This document shows positions 18,398 through 28,328 of a stretch of 64,000 bases of DNA, piece after piece (position 1 is the first letter of the stretch; each line of letters starts with the position of its first letter). The position numbers and the translations under genes are program-made. Under the pieces are notes generated by a model. The model was not told where the DNA came from. It did no database searches and saw nothing but the letters and a program-made list of their open reading frames with translations. This stretch comes from a virus (Duplodnaviria > Caudoviricetes), in IMG/VR virus record IMGVR_UViG_3300042922_001473, one strand, 5' to 3'.

Positions 18398-18727
18398 TTA
18401 ATCATTAAAATATCTTATAGCTTTTACCTGATAGTGCTGATATGGTTTAACCACTATTTTGAAATGTAATTCATTGTCAAATTGGTCGTCAAGTTCCAAT
18501 TCGTCTATCGGCACTAATAATTCCACTATACTTGTTCCGTAACCTGATATTTGTCCTTTTGGAGAGGTACTAAAGAATAATCCATTCTCTTTCCCATACA
18601 TTTTATTTGTAGCAATAATTTTTTCTGCATTTCCCTCAGAAGTAGCATGATATAAGGTTAATGTATTATCTTCGTTTACTTTCAAACCGTATTGAAGTGA
18701 TAATTCTTCTAAATCCTCTTTAAGCAT
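18398..18727 (-). CDS. Minimal ADP-ribosyltransferase-like protein
   Basis: LYHATS..NA.KI / GLFFST / GYG..IVEL.VP. Confidence 0.5.
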   Translation of the reverse strand: MLKEDLEELSLQYGLKVNEDNTLTLYHATSEGNAEKIIATNKMYGKENGLFFSTSPKGQISGYGTSIVELLVPIDELELDDQFDNELHFKIVVKPYQHYQVKAIRYFND

Positions 18728-18856
18728 AGATTTCTCCTTATATATTTTGATTAAATATTGTCTTTTCTTATTATATCAGATATTAGTATTATTAGTTATA
18801 CTAATCTTCCTTTACATTCTTTAGACAAATCTAATCCCTTCATTACTCCATTTTTG

Positions 18857-19120
18857 TTATACAAACATATCTTCATTATAACCACCTTTTGTAGTCATTT
18901 CTTTTAATAAAACATTTGTTTCTTTTTTACTGTAAAAAACCTTGATTTTTGAAGAAAACACTGTATCTTCATAATATACTTTTTTACATTTTGGACAGTA
19001 ATAACCATTATAGAAGTGACCATGTTTCCCAACATAACTACTGCCCCCTGTACCTAAAATTCTCCAATGTTTTATATGTGAACATACATTTTGATTTGCT
19101 TTCTCAAATTCATTAGCCAT
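18857..19120 (-). CDS. Hypothetical protein, possible Zn ribbon
   Basis: CSH...CPKC; GAGGAGAGG RBS. Confidence 0.65.
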   Translation of the reverse strand: MANEFEKANQNVCSHIKHWRILGTGGSSYVGKHGHFYNGYYCPKCKKVYYEDTVFSSKIKVFYSKKETNVLLKEMTTKGGYNEDMFV

Positions 19121-19147
19121 ATTTCCTCTCCTCTTTCCCTTTGATTC

Positions 19148-19432
19148 TTATTTATTAGACGAAAAAACATTACAAAACTTATCGAACAATTCAAAATCAA
19201 AATGTGAGGGTTTAAATTCAACATTTTTTTCTTTTAAGACGGAAATAAGCATATTTTGACCATCTTCATCATTCATTAGTTCCTTTGCAAGCGTGTCTTT
19301 GTCAGTTAAATACCACCCTTCTTTACTTTTAGGTGTACCTTGTCTATAAACTGGCACTTCCCCATTCTCTTCCTTTAATATATCGTGCTCAATACATAAA
19401 TTAATTAGTTCTATAGCGTTTATGTAAATCAT
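19148..19432 (-). CDS. Hypothetical protein
   Basis: AGGAGG RBS. Confidence 0.7.
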   Translation of the reverse strand: MIYINAIELINLCIEHDILKEENGEVPVYRQGTPKSKEGWYLTDKDTLAKELMNDEDGQNMLISVLKEKNVEFKPSHFDFELFDKFCNVFSSNK

Positions 19433-19658
19433 GATACCCTCCTATTATGTTATTTAAAACTCCTGGTTTGTCTTAATCATATATTATAGATTTAATAACA
19501 TTAATAATTACAGAATATGTATTATTGAAAGGAGATTCGTTAAGTAATATAGTAAATCAAAAAAGAAAAATATACAAAAGTGAATTCTTGTGAAAAATAC
19601 AAGAATTCACTTTTAAATTTTTACAAAGTTACTTTTTTAAATAGTGTTCGTAAACCCA

Positions 19659-20240
19659 TTATTTATAATTTGCTATAAAATCTTTTAATTCATCCATTTT
19701 TATTTCTTGTATAATAGGTTTTCTTTCTGTTTTATTTATCGCATAATCGTTAGTAAATTCTTTTTTATCTCCATTTGCGAATACCCAAATTTCATTAGTT
19801 CTAATTTGCAACAATCCATCTTCAGAGATTAAATTTTCAGCACTTTTAATTTCTATGTTTTTAATTATACTTTTCCCATCAGATGTAATTAGCTTATCAC
19901 CATTTGTTTTGTAAAATTCGTAAGCAACTGAATCTGCCATAAACCACCTCAATAAATATTCTGATATTTCTTGATTAGGAATGTTTTCTATATTGTATAA
20001 TCCTTCCATATAACTAACTATGATATTTGCGGTCACATCTGTAACATTATTTGGGTTATTACTTTCTTCCTTATTTTCCTCTATAATTTCTTCTACATAA
20101 TGCTCTTCTTCTAATTTTCTACTTTCTACCCTCTCCTTTGCTATTGCCACTGTTTCAATTGTTATAGCTAAAATGTCATATTTAATTATTCCTACTAATG
20201 CTAATATTGTTAATCCCATTATTGCAATTTTTTTCATCAA
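19659..20240 (-). CDS. Exported or membrane-anchored protein
   Basis: AGGAGG RBS; hydrophobic N-terminus. Confidence 0.75.
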   Translation of the reverse strand: MMKKIAIMGLTILALVGIIKYDILAITIETVAIAKERVESRKLEEEHYVEEIIEENKEESNNPNNVTDVTANIIVSYMEGLYNIENIPNQEISEYLLRWFMADSVAYEFYKTNGDKLITSDGKSIIKNIEIKSAENLISEDGLLQIRTNEIWVFANGDKKEFTNDYAINKTERKPIIQEIKMDELKDFIANYK

Positions 20241-20281
20241 TATCCTCCTTATTATGTCTGGAAATCTTTATGTATATATAC

Positions 20282-20310
20282 ATTATACAATTTATATTGA
20301 CAATAGTCAA
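20282..20310 (-). promoter_or_regulatory. Sigma-A promoter with operator TTGACTATTGTCAA
   Basis: TTGACT(20310)-17 bp-TATAAT(20287). Confidence 0.85.
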
Positions 20311-20409
20311 TGTTAAATTAAGAAAATTATAGTTAATACATATAAAAAAGAGTATATATAAAACTGATAACCATACTCTCTTTGTTTATATTTATTATTA
20401 GTTATTTCC

Positions 20410-20854
20410 TTATTCATTTGTCATTATGACTATCATTGCATGTCTTGAATAATCTCCAGGTTCTATTTCGCCAGTCAAGTGCTAATCTCCAAAAGGAAAA
20501 TAATCTACATAAGTAATACTATCAGCAAAATGACCTAAGTAAAAAAAACACAGCAGAATCAAAATTTATTTCGTCTTTTAAAAATTCCAACTTTTCCTCA
20601 GTATGTATCTGTATTTCTTCTGATGTTGCATCTCCATGAGCAATGCAGTAATGTAAATACTCTTTTTCAACCCCTATACTTCTATCTAATTTTAAAACAT
20701 ATTTATAATCAAAAACTCCTAATTGGACTAATGAAAACAAAGTAATTATAAGGAATATAATCAATACAGCTATAAATCTAATTAAACAACTTATTTTAAA
20801 GTGTTTTAAATCTTTTTCTTGACTTAAATTTATGTCATTAATCTCATTATTCAT
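20410..20854 (-). pseudogene. Membrane-anchored protein, frameshifted at an A8 run (~20541) with a later in-frame stop
   Basis: Coding-like continuation FYLGHFADSITYVDYFPFGD*HLTGEIEPGDYSRH in another frame. Confidence 0.5.
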
Positions 20855-21064
20855 AAAGCTCCCCCTTAATTATGTTTTTATATTATATTGCTATTAATTT
20901 AAAAGTAATAGTTTATTGTAATTTACATTAGGTAATGTTATAAAAAGTAAGCTAAAAATCTATGATTAAGAGAACAAAATTTTAAAGGATAAGTATTTAC
21001 TTAATATTAACAAGTAAACTTTTTAATGTCAGTACATTAAACTTATAATAACGGAGGAATTAAT

Positions 21065-21463
21065 ATGTGTACAAAAGAATTAAAATCTTTGGCAAAGGAA
21101 ATTTCAAAGGCAGGTAAAATAATAGCAAAGGATGATATATCGAAAGATTATACTGTTTGGCATAATCAATCAGGCTCACTTATAGTAAGAAGTGATAGTG
21201 GTTATGAAGCAATTTATATTGGAAATCTTGTTGGAAATAACTCTGATGGATTCATGTGTTTATACACAAACAACACTTCTAAACGAAATAGTTATCCAGG
21301 TGTAAGAGAAATTGCAGAGTTACTTTTAAAGGTTATTAATAAAGAAACATTAGATACTGGTGAAGGTAAAGCATCTTATTTTGATTGGAAAGAATACGGT
21401 GGAATGGAAAAACAGTTAAATTACTTTTCAGAACTTGTAAAAGAGATAGCTGGTATTAAATAA
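21065..21463 (+). CDS. Hypothetical protein
   Basis: GGAGG RBS; terminator follows. Confidence 0.75.
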   Translation: MCTKELKSLAKEISKAGKIIAKDDISKDYTVWHNQSGSLIVRSDSGYEAIYIGNLVGNNSDGFMCLYTNNTSKRNSYPGVREIAELLLKVINKETLDTGEGKASYFDWKEYGGMEKQLNYFSELVKEIAGIK

Positions 21464-21584
21464 ACCTGATTTTAGAAAAAAGCAACTAAGGTTGCTTTTT
21501 TTATTTGCCATACAGATAGCACTTATATAGGCATTGTTCTTGGAACTTTTTGTGTTATATTACGTCTAATATATAGAAAGGAGT

Positions 21585-22058
21585 GTGTTAATATTGAGAA
21601 AAATAACAATGTTATTATTAACAGTAGCTTCTATTTTCATCTTAATTACTGGATGTGTAAACAATCTCGAAAAAAGCAATGTAGAAATATCTAATGAAAT
21701 TGTTCCTATAATAATGAAAATTGAGGAAGATAGTATGTCTGAAACAAAAGCAAAGCTTATAATTGAGAATATTGAAGAAGTTGTAGTAGAGTTTGGAGCA
21801 AAATACAGTATAGAGAAGAAAATAGATAATAACTGGTATAAATTACCGTATAAAGATAATCAAGATGAAGATTCTATTGCTTGGATAGAAATTCTATATT
21901 CATTGAATAGTGAAAACAAAAAGTTTGAAAGTGAACTGGATTGGTCACATCTTTATGGCAAGCTTGAACCAGGAAACTATAGGATTATAAAGTCTTTCAC
22001 TATAGGTGAAGATTATGAAAATAAATATGTTTTATCTGCAGAGTTTATAATTGAATAA
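21585..22058 (+). CDS. Lipoprotein with bacterial Ig-like domain
   Basis: Lipobox ITGC; C-terminal DWSHLYGKLEPGNYRIIKSF..LSAEF.I. Confidence 0.75.
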   Translation: MLILRKITMLLLTVASIFILITGCVNNLEKSNVEISNEIVPIIMKIEEDSMSETKAKLIIENIEEVVVEFGAKYSIEKKIDNNWYKLPYKDNQDEDSIAWIEILYSLNSENKKFESELDWSHLYGKLEPGNYRIIKSFTIGEDYENKYVLSAEFIIE

Positions 22059-22138
22059 TAAGATATGTAAATACTTACTTGAAATTAAAAAAACACATAA
22101 TTGAATTTATGTGTTTTTTGTTTTTAACATAGAGTATT

Positions 22139-22672
22139 TTAATACCCAAATGGGTCAATGCCTCTTCTTACACAATCTCTAATTGCCTGTCTATTTTTAG
22201 TATTATCAAATCTGTTCTTAAAATAGAATAATATACGGTCATCTTCCATTGGCACTTCAATAAATATTCTTATAAGTTCTGGCGAATAATCATCATAACC
22301 TGTAAGAAATTCTATTAACTCTTCATATGTACCATAGCAATCATGAAATCTGCCATATCCTATTGGTTTAGTACCTACTAAATCAATATTTTTTAAAGGT
22401 TCGCTGTCAAATTCTTTAACTTCTAATACAGTTATTGTACTATTTTCAATCTCTGAAACATCTAACATTTCATTAAAAAATTCTTCCATTCTTATATACA
22501 TTTCTAATAAAACTTCTTTAGCAGTTTCTTCATTTTCTGCAACTATGACAACTGTATCTTCTTTTGTGTACCCATTAGGAGTTTGAAATATTGCCTTAAT
22601 TTGATATGGTGTATATTTTACTTCCTCTGAAATTGTATTACCTGCTTGATTTTGTGTTTTTTCCAAGTTCAT
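22139..22672 (-). CDS. Hypothetical protein
   Basis: AGGAG RBS, 177 aa. Confidence 0.7.
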   Translation of the reverse strand: MNLEKTQNQAGNTISEEVKYTPYQIKAIFQTPNGYTKEDTVVIVAENEETAKEVLLEMYIRMEEFFNEMLDVSEIENSTITVLEVKEFDSEPLKNIDLVGTKPIGYGRFHDCYGTYEELIEFLTGYDDYSPELIRIFIEVPMEDDRILFYFKNRFDNTKNRQAIRDCVRRGIDPFGY

Positions 22673-22791
22673 AATAATCTCCTATGTAAATTATTTGTCT
22701 TAAAGACACCTTTTAAATTTGTTTTTACATTATATGTTTAAAACAGCTTAGGTATAAATTTAAGGCAATTATTTAATTTGATAAGACTATC

Positions 22792-23605
22792 TTACTTTCC
22801 AGATTTTGTTCTATTGCAATTTTTGCAAAGCATTTGACAGTTCTCAGCAGTTGTTTTACCACCTTCATGCCAAGGTTTACAATGGTCTCCTTCCATTTCA
22901 TTTATTTCAAAGTGTTTTTCACATTTTATACATATGCCATTTTGTCTTTCATAAGCTTCTCGTATCATTTTATCGCTAAAAAGTCTTATATTTAAATGTT
23001 TTTTGTCTATCTATAACATATTCATAAATGCCTTTTTGTTTGACACATCTTCATCTTGCATTAAATTTACTATTTCTTTTTCAATATCATTTTGATTAAA
23101 GTCTTTGTCTTTATAAGTATTGTAATATTTACCCCAATCAATACCTTTCATTTCTTTTCTTCGATTGGTAAAAATTAGTTCAATCCAATTGATTACTTTT
23201 TTAAAATAATTCCATAATTCTGTTGCATCTTTATCACTTTGATTGTCAGCCATATATTCTTCTATTTCTATACCATCTTTATATGCAATCCATTTGATAG
23301 CAGTCTCTAAATAATCTTGTCTAATGGGAGAGCCATTCATATAATCTTTGGCAATGGCATATGCAGGACAACTATTTTTATTGAAATACTTTTTAGCATC
23401 AGTAAGCCATTCACCAGTATATACAGCATTTCTTAACTCCTGGTTAGTTAGTTTTTCTCCAGCAATATTAATGATTTTAAACCATTCTAACTTCTCTTTA
23501 TCAGTTCCCTCACAAACATAAATCATTAATACATAATTTTTAATCTGTTCTTGTTCATCTTGGGTTAGGTTATGAAAATATTGATAATTGATAGAGAATT
23601 TTCAT
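22792..23605 (-). pseudogene. Disrupted DUF262 (GmrS-like) + HNH endonuclease
   Basis: ATG AAA ATT joined out of frame to FSINYQYFHNL... (N-terminal part missing); WFKIINIAGEKLTNQELRNA; short frameshifted stretch with TAG at 23011; intact HNH tail C..C..MEGDH.KPW.EGG.T..NCQMLCKNCN. Confidence 0.8.
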
Positions 23606-23612
23606 TTTAAAT

Positions 23613-24467
23613 TCATCCTTTTCTTTTAATTAAAATTCTCGCATACATTCTTTTACCATTAATATAAGGTCTACCCTTTGTTAAATCAATGTCAACCCCT
23701 GTTTGTCCTATAATTTCAAATTGTTTAGGGTTATACTTGTCCATAAATGTAATAGGAACTCCTATGACGCTATTATAATCACAAGGTATAGCAGATACCT
23801 TATTTACATTGATTGCGTCATAGTTGTCATATTTAGGGTAATCATGTTCGTTATATGTCTTGTATAAAATCAGTTTCTCATGTCTTTTTGTTGTATCTAA
23901 ATTTGTAAACCAACAAGCATTGACATCTTTAAATGTATTATCAGGCATTTTAAACTTCATACTCCGAGGACTGTATCCCAACCATATTTTGTTTTCTTTT
24001 ATTAATGAAAATACTTCTTTATATGTTATTGAATTATTATTGCCTATTATTAAAAACTTTTTATCATATTCAATTAATTGACCAATATATTCTCTAAACA
24101 ATGAAAATGGTGGATTTGTAATAATAATATCTGATTGCTTTAATATTTCCACGCTTTCAGGACTTCTAAAATCTCCGTTTTGTTTTAAATCTGTTTTAAT
24201 TGTATCTTTGCCATCAAACTCTAATTTATAAGAGGGTTTTACTTTTTCATAATGAGTTGCAATAAGTGTTTTTAACCCCAAATGTTCAAAGTTTAATTTG
24301 AAATAGTTCCAAAAGTTACTATATTCGGGGTCATCACAATTACAGAACACATTCTTGTCTTTTAACTGTTCTTTATAATGCTTTAGTTCTTTTTCTATAT
24401 CAGATAATTGCGTATAGAATTCATCGTTTTTTTCTTTTTTTGCATTTTTTAAATTATTATTTTTCAT
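23613..24467 (-). CDS. Adenine-specific DNA methyltransferase, EcoRI-methylase family
   Basis: KNDEFYT, CNCDDP, GDFRS.E, TNPPFSLFREY, GVPITF.DKYNP.QF. Confidence 0.92.
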   Translation of the reverse strand: MKNNNLKNAKKEKNDEFYTQLSDIEKELKHYKEQLKDKNVFCNCDDPEYSNFWNYFKLNFEHLGLKTLIATHYEKVKPSYKLEFDGKDTIKTDLKQNGDFRSPESVEILKQSDIIITNPPFSLFREYIGQLIEYDKKFLIIGNNNSITYKEVFSLIKENKIWLGYSPRSMKFKMPDNTFKDVNACWFTNLDTTKRHEKLILYKTYNEHDYPKYDNYDAINVNKVSAIPCDYNSVIGVPITFMDKYNPKQFEIIGQTGVDIDLTKGRPYINGKRMYARILIKRKG

Positions 24468-24673
24468 AATTCATACATCTCCTTTTCTTTATTTTCAATT
24501 TTTCATTATTTTCATCACTCCTAAAATTTGTTATCTAAAATACTTCTGATGAAGTTATGCGTTTTTACAAAAAAAATAAAAATAGGAACTAATAATTCAC
24601 AAAACAAAATATTTGTCCTGTTTTACTTATCAATTCCTACCTATTAGCCTATCAGCTTATTTCTTTGCCTTGT

Positions 24674-24943
24674 TTATTGTTCAATATCCATAGTCAACTT
24701 TAAAAATTTATTTGCTTTATCCGTTAAAGCATATTTCCCTCTCTTGTACTTATACATAACTATAAACTCCATTTTTATTAATTCATAAAGTAATTTATTT
24801 ATTTTTAATTTTGAGCAATGTGCCAAATCTGCTATTTCTTGTTGGGATAATGGAATATATTTTTCTTCTTTAATTAATACTTGGTTACCACTGAGTATCT
24901 TAAGCACATGATAACTGTCATTAAAAAAATATTCTAAATTCAA
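24674..24943 (-). CDS. Winged-helix/HTH protein
   Basis: LSQQEIADLAHCSKLKINKLLYEL....FI....RGKYALT. Confidence 0.7.
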   Translation of the reverse strand: MNLEYFFNDSYHVLKILSGNQVLIKEEKYIPLSQQEIADLAHCSKLKINKLLYELIKMEFIVMYKYKRGKYALTDKANKFLKLTMDIEQ

Positions 24944-25133
24944 TATACTTACATCCTTGCATTATTTTGTAAGTATTATAGTGTTTTATGTTGAAATTTA
25001 TAACATAATTATGGTAATGAAATAGATATGTTTAAGGTATTTAAATTAGACTAATAATAGTAAAATTAATGAGCAAAAAAAGGCATGAGCTGTAATTAGC
25101 TCATGCCTAAGTATTTGTTGTAAATATTAATTA

Positions 25134-25373
25134 TTACATTTTATATAAGTACCAGATACTATCTTCAAGCACATATTTGAGTTCAAATATGTCTCTTCCG
25201 TTATGCATACAGACAAAATATATATTTGTTTTACCAAATGCCTTTTCCTCATATTTTTTCATTATCTTTTGCACTCTTATAGGGGTATCTTCAAAATCAA
25301 ATTTTGCAGGTTCGAAACTCCCGTCTTTATTAAATATTGCCAAAACTTTAATAGGCTTATTTATTATTTTCAA
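25134..25373 (-). CDS. Small conserved-type Clostridial protein
   Basis: MKI..KPI.V.A.F..DG...P..F ... FELKY......WYL; AAGGAG RBS. Confidence 0.7.
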   Translation of the reverse strand: MKIINKPIKVLAIFNKDGSFEPAKFDFEDTPIRVQKIMKKYEEKAFGKTNIYFVCMHNGRDIFELKYVLEDSIWYLYKM

Positions 25374-25388
25374 TGTTTTACTCCTTAT

Positions 25389-25571
25389 TTAATTCTTTAT
25401 TACATGTGAATCTTGGACACCTTCATAATATGCTTTTTTTAAAGCTTCCTTTAATCTCCATACTGATATTTCATGAAAGTCTAATCTATCAGAATTTCTT
25501 GTTTCTAATGTTGGGATATTTAATATTTCCTGTGCTATTTTCTCTATTTGCTTTTCAGCATTTCTATCCAT
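25389..25571 (-). CDS. DUF6900-like small protein
   Basis: IA..IL.I.TLETRNSDRLDFHE.SVW.LK.AL..AY pattern (family name recalled). Confidence 0.75.
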   Translation of the reverse strand: MDRNAEKQIEKIAQEILNIPTLETRNSDRLDFHEISVWRLKEALKKAYYEGVQDSHVIKN

Positions 25572-25826
25572 ATTGCCTCCTTATTTTTACTTACTAAAAT
25601 TTTTATTATATAGATTTATATATGTATGGTTCACAACTTTATATTGCAACTTCTAAGCTTAAAAATAAGTGGTGAGAGTGTTCGCATATAATACTTTTTT
25701 TAACGTAAATAACCTCCTTATTATATAACCTTTTTCTGTATTCTGCAATAATAAAGCATTAACATAAAAGGAATCGACTATATTTAAAAATATAGTCGAT
25801 TCCTACTGTCATTTAATTTTTTTAAT

Positions 25827-26321
25827 TTAACAAGCAATTTTGTCAATGTGATTATTTTTACATAAATTCTTTACACATTTAAAAAATACTTTTTCAAGTT
25901 CATCTAAATCTTTTGGACATTTTTCAAATAGAACTTCATCCATAAATAGAACATGAGTTTCCCCTTGTAATATCCCTCTTTTTATTACTTTTCCAATTTT
26001 AACTCTAAACCAATTATTGTATATGGCTTCATTTTCATATAATGTACCTTCGTTAATCAATTTTCTAATCTCAGATTCGTTTTTATTTCTAAGTAATTGT
26101 GTTTTTCCATTTTCTTCAACACTAATTAAAACATCTCCGTCAGTTTCTAACTCAAAATAATAATCATCAGTTTCTAAGCTTACAAAAGTATCTTTGTTCG
26201 TTGGAAAATATAAACTTTCCCAACCCTTTTCAATAGCGGTTTTAGCTTCAGGATAAATTTTGAAAACTACATTGCCCCATTCTTTTAAATTTGTTTCCAA
26301 GTAAAGTAATAAATTTTCCAT
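25827..26321 (-). CDS. Hypothetical protein
   Basis: AAGGAG RBS. Confidence 0.75.
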   Translation of the reverse strand: MENLLLYLETNLKEWGNVVFKIYPEAKTAIEKGWESLYFPTNKDTFVSLETDDYYFELETDGDVLISVEENGKTQLLRNKNESEIRKLINEGTLYENEAIYNNWFRVKIGKVIKRGILQGETHVLFMDEVLFEKCPKDLDELEKVFFKCVKNLCKNNHIDKIAC

Positions 26322-26565
26322 ATAGAAATCTCCTTATATATAATAATCTTTTGATTACCATTTTTTTAATTTTTATATTATAGATTAATAGTAATAAAAA
26401 ATTACATAGAATAACTCAGATTTCTGCTAATAATGCTTATCAATTTAATTAATAGCAGTCCTGAAATTACAAAAATATTTATTTTAAAGAATTGGATTGT
26501 ATATAATATCTAAATAACTATAATAGGGATTCTTTTTGGAATAAAAATAAAAGGAGAAATATTTA

Positions 26566-27012
26566 ATGAGAAAGGGATTTTTCAATCTTAAAAATAATGA
26601 AGGTTACAATTTTCTTGAAACTTTAAATGTTAATAATGAGATTATAGACGCATTTTATATGCTTCATGGTATTTGTCATGAATTTGCTTTAGCGATAAAT
26701 GAAGTATATGGATATAATATAGTTTTTTGGGTAAATTATGATGAAGAAATAGAAACCAATGTATTGATTCATGCCTTTAATGTGTTTAAATATAAAGACA
26801 AACAATATTTTGTAGATATTAGAGGGGTAACAGATAATCTTGAAGATATTATTAATGAATTTGATTATTTTGAAGAAATAAGCGAACCAGTCGAATACAA
26901 TAATAAAAATGCAAAAAAAGTTCTTAAAAAGCTTGGATTAAATATAGATGTAAACAAGGATATTTACGAAGTAATAAAGTATTATAAATCTTATTATCAA
27001 TTGAATAATTAA
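26566..27012 (+). CDS. Hypothetical protein with possible Cys-His-Asp (papain/transglutaminase-like) triad
   Basis: GICHEFA...LIHAF...FVDIRG. Confidence 0.6.
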   Translation: MRKGFFNLKNNEGYNFLETLNVNNEIIDAFYMLHGICHEFALAINEVYGYNIVFWVNYDEEIETNVLIHAFNVFKYKDKQYFVDIRGVTDNLEDIINEFDYFEEISEPVEYNNKNAKKVLKKLGLNIDVNKDIYEVIKYYKSYYQLNN

Positions 27013-27110
27013 AATATAAAAACAGCAATTAATGCTGTTTTTTTATGTTAAAAAACTATAAGTGGTTATCAAATTACATTTAAAATGAATATATTCTTGT
27101 TGTAAAAATT

Positions 27111-27353
27111 TTAAATAACTTTCTTAATTCTATTATCCCAATAATGGTTTGTCATATTATTACTTCTTATAATAGATAATCTTTCCTGCACTTTATGGTA
27201 TAAACTCTTATCAACATTAAATAATTTTTCATTTAAATGTCTATAAGCTGTTCTATCTGAGATTCCGTATTTTAAACTAATTTCTTTAACACTTAAACCA
27301 GATAAGACTTCTCCTGCATAATTTAGAGTTTGTTTAATTTGTTTATTACTCAT
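27111..27353 (-). CDS. SpoIIID-like HTH protein
   Basis: SVKEISLKYGISDRTAYRHLNEKLFNVDKSLYHKVQERL aligns by eye with SpoIIID TVRVIAKEFGVSKSTVHKDLTERLPEINPDLANEVKEIL. Confidence 0.6.
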   Translation of the reverse strand: MSNKQIKQTLNYAGEVLSGLSVKEISLKYGISDRTAYRHLNEKLFNVDKSLYHKVQERLSIIRSNNMTNHYWDNRIKKVI

Positions 27354-27499
27354 AAATATTAAATCTTTCCTTTCATCATATCAAATAATTGTCAATAATT
27401 AATTGAACAACATGCAAATCTTCAACATTTGAAATTATAACAAACTACATATCATATGTAAATAAAAGAATTTTACAAAATTGTTTTTAAAATACATAT

Positions 27500-27524
27500 A
27501 AAAAAGGGACTCTAAAAGTCCCCT
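27500..27524 (-). terminator. Intrinsic terminator closing the hairpin array
   Basis: Minus strand GGGACT-loop-AGTCCC-TTTTTT. Confidence 0.8.
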
Positions 27525-27535
27525 CGCCTGTTTAA

Positions 27536-27816
27536 TATATATAAAATGCCTTATGGCATATAAAATAATTTAATATTACCTTTTAAAAATAATTAATTCT
27601 AAGTAAAAATTTACTAATCTATATTAAATGCTTATCAGCATGTAAAATGGGAATTAATACTGCCTATTTAAAATAATTTAAATCCTTTTAAAATCATATC
27701 TATATGAAATGCTATTAAATTAGCATATTGTATGGAAATAATTTAACCTATATAACTAAAATTTCTTCAAAATATCTATTTAAAATGCTTTTCTTAAGCA
27801 TGGAAAATGGGAAAAA
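27536..27816. repeat. Four ~35-40-nt hairpin repeats, period 76-82 nt (candidate ncRNA array)
   Basis: Core TCTATWTnAAATGC-N6-10-GCATnnnnnATGG; ATGC at 27546, 27628, 27709 and 27785; the copy nearest the terminator is the most degenerate. Confidence 0.75.
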
Positions 27817-28057
27817 TATCTTTAACTTTTAGTTTTTGCAATATTTGCAATCCTGATTTAATAATCTTTATTTATTATATTCTAAAATTTTTAAAATATA
27901 AATCGACTAATCAATTTTTAGCAAAATTTTACCTTTTTCTTGTTTAATTAAATATGAATCTCTTTCCAGGTTCATTATTTAATAAAAATTTAAAATTAAT
28001 AAACCTTCCATCATTTAAATTCTAATATTTTAACCGTATTTAGTTCGCCTTTGTAAT

Positions 28058-28207
28058 TTATTTTGCCTTCATCGCTTCTTTTAAACACTCCGAAAATGAT
28101 TTAGTATTAACTTTTTTCTCATTTTCCTTTTTTACTGTAACTACTTTATTGTGTTCTGGTAATTGATAATGTATATAGTGAATAGGATTTACAATTCTAA
28201 TGCCCAT
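28058..28207 (-). CDS. 49-aa hypothetical protein (absent from track)
   Basis: AGGAAGG RBS; MGIRIVNPIHY...KSFSECLKEAMKAK*. Confidence 0.55.
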   Translation of the reverse strand: MGIRIVNPIHYIHYQLPEHNKVVTVKKENEKKVNTKSFSECLKEAMKAK

Positions 28208-28328
28208 GTTTATAACCTTCCTTTCAAGATAATATGAATATTTCCTTTTGTTTAGTTTTTATATTTTATTAAGGTTAGTCATGTTTTATAATTTATAAAT
28301 CCTATAATGGATACTTATTGACTATGAA

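Noticed and set aside
25769-25803. GACTATA...TATAGTC inverted repeat resembling the regulon operator
   Set aside because: It is a long hairpin just downstream of a stop codon, i.e. terminator-like; half-site spacing is wrong and there is no -10.
27536-27816. Calling the hairpin array a CRISPR array
   Set aside because: Repeats are too degenerate, loop length varies, spacers are partly similar to each other, and no cas genes are visible; kept as an unclassified array.
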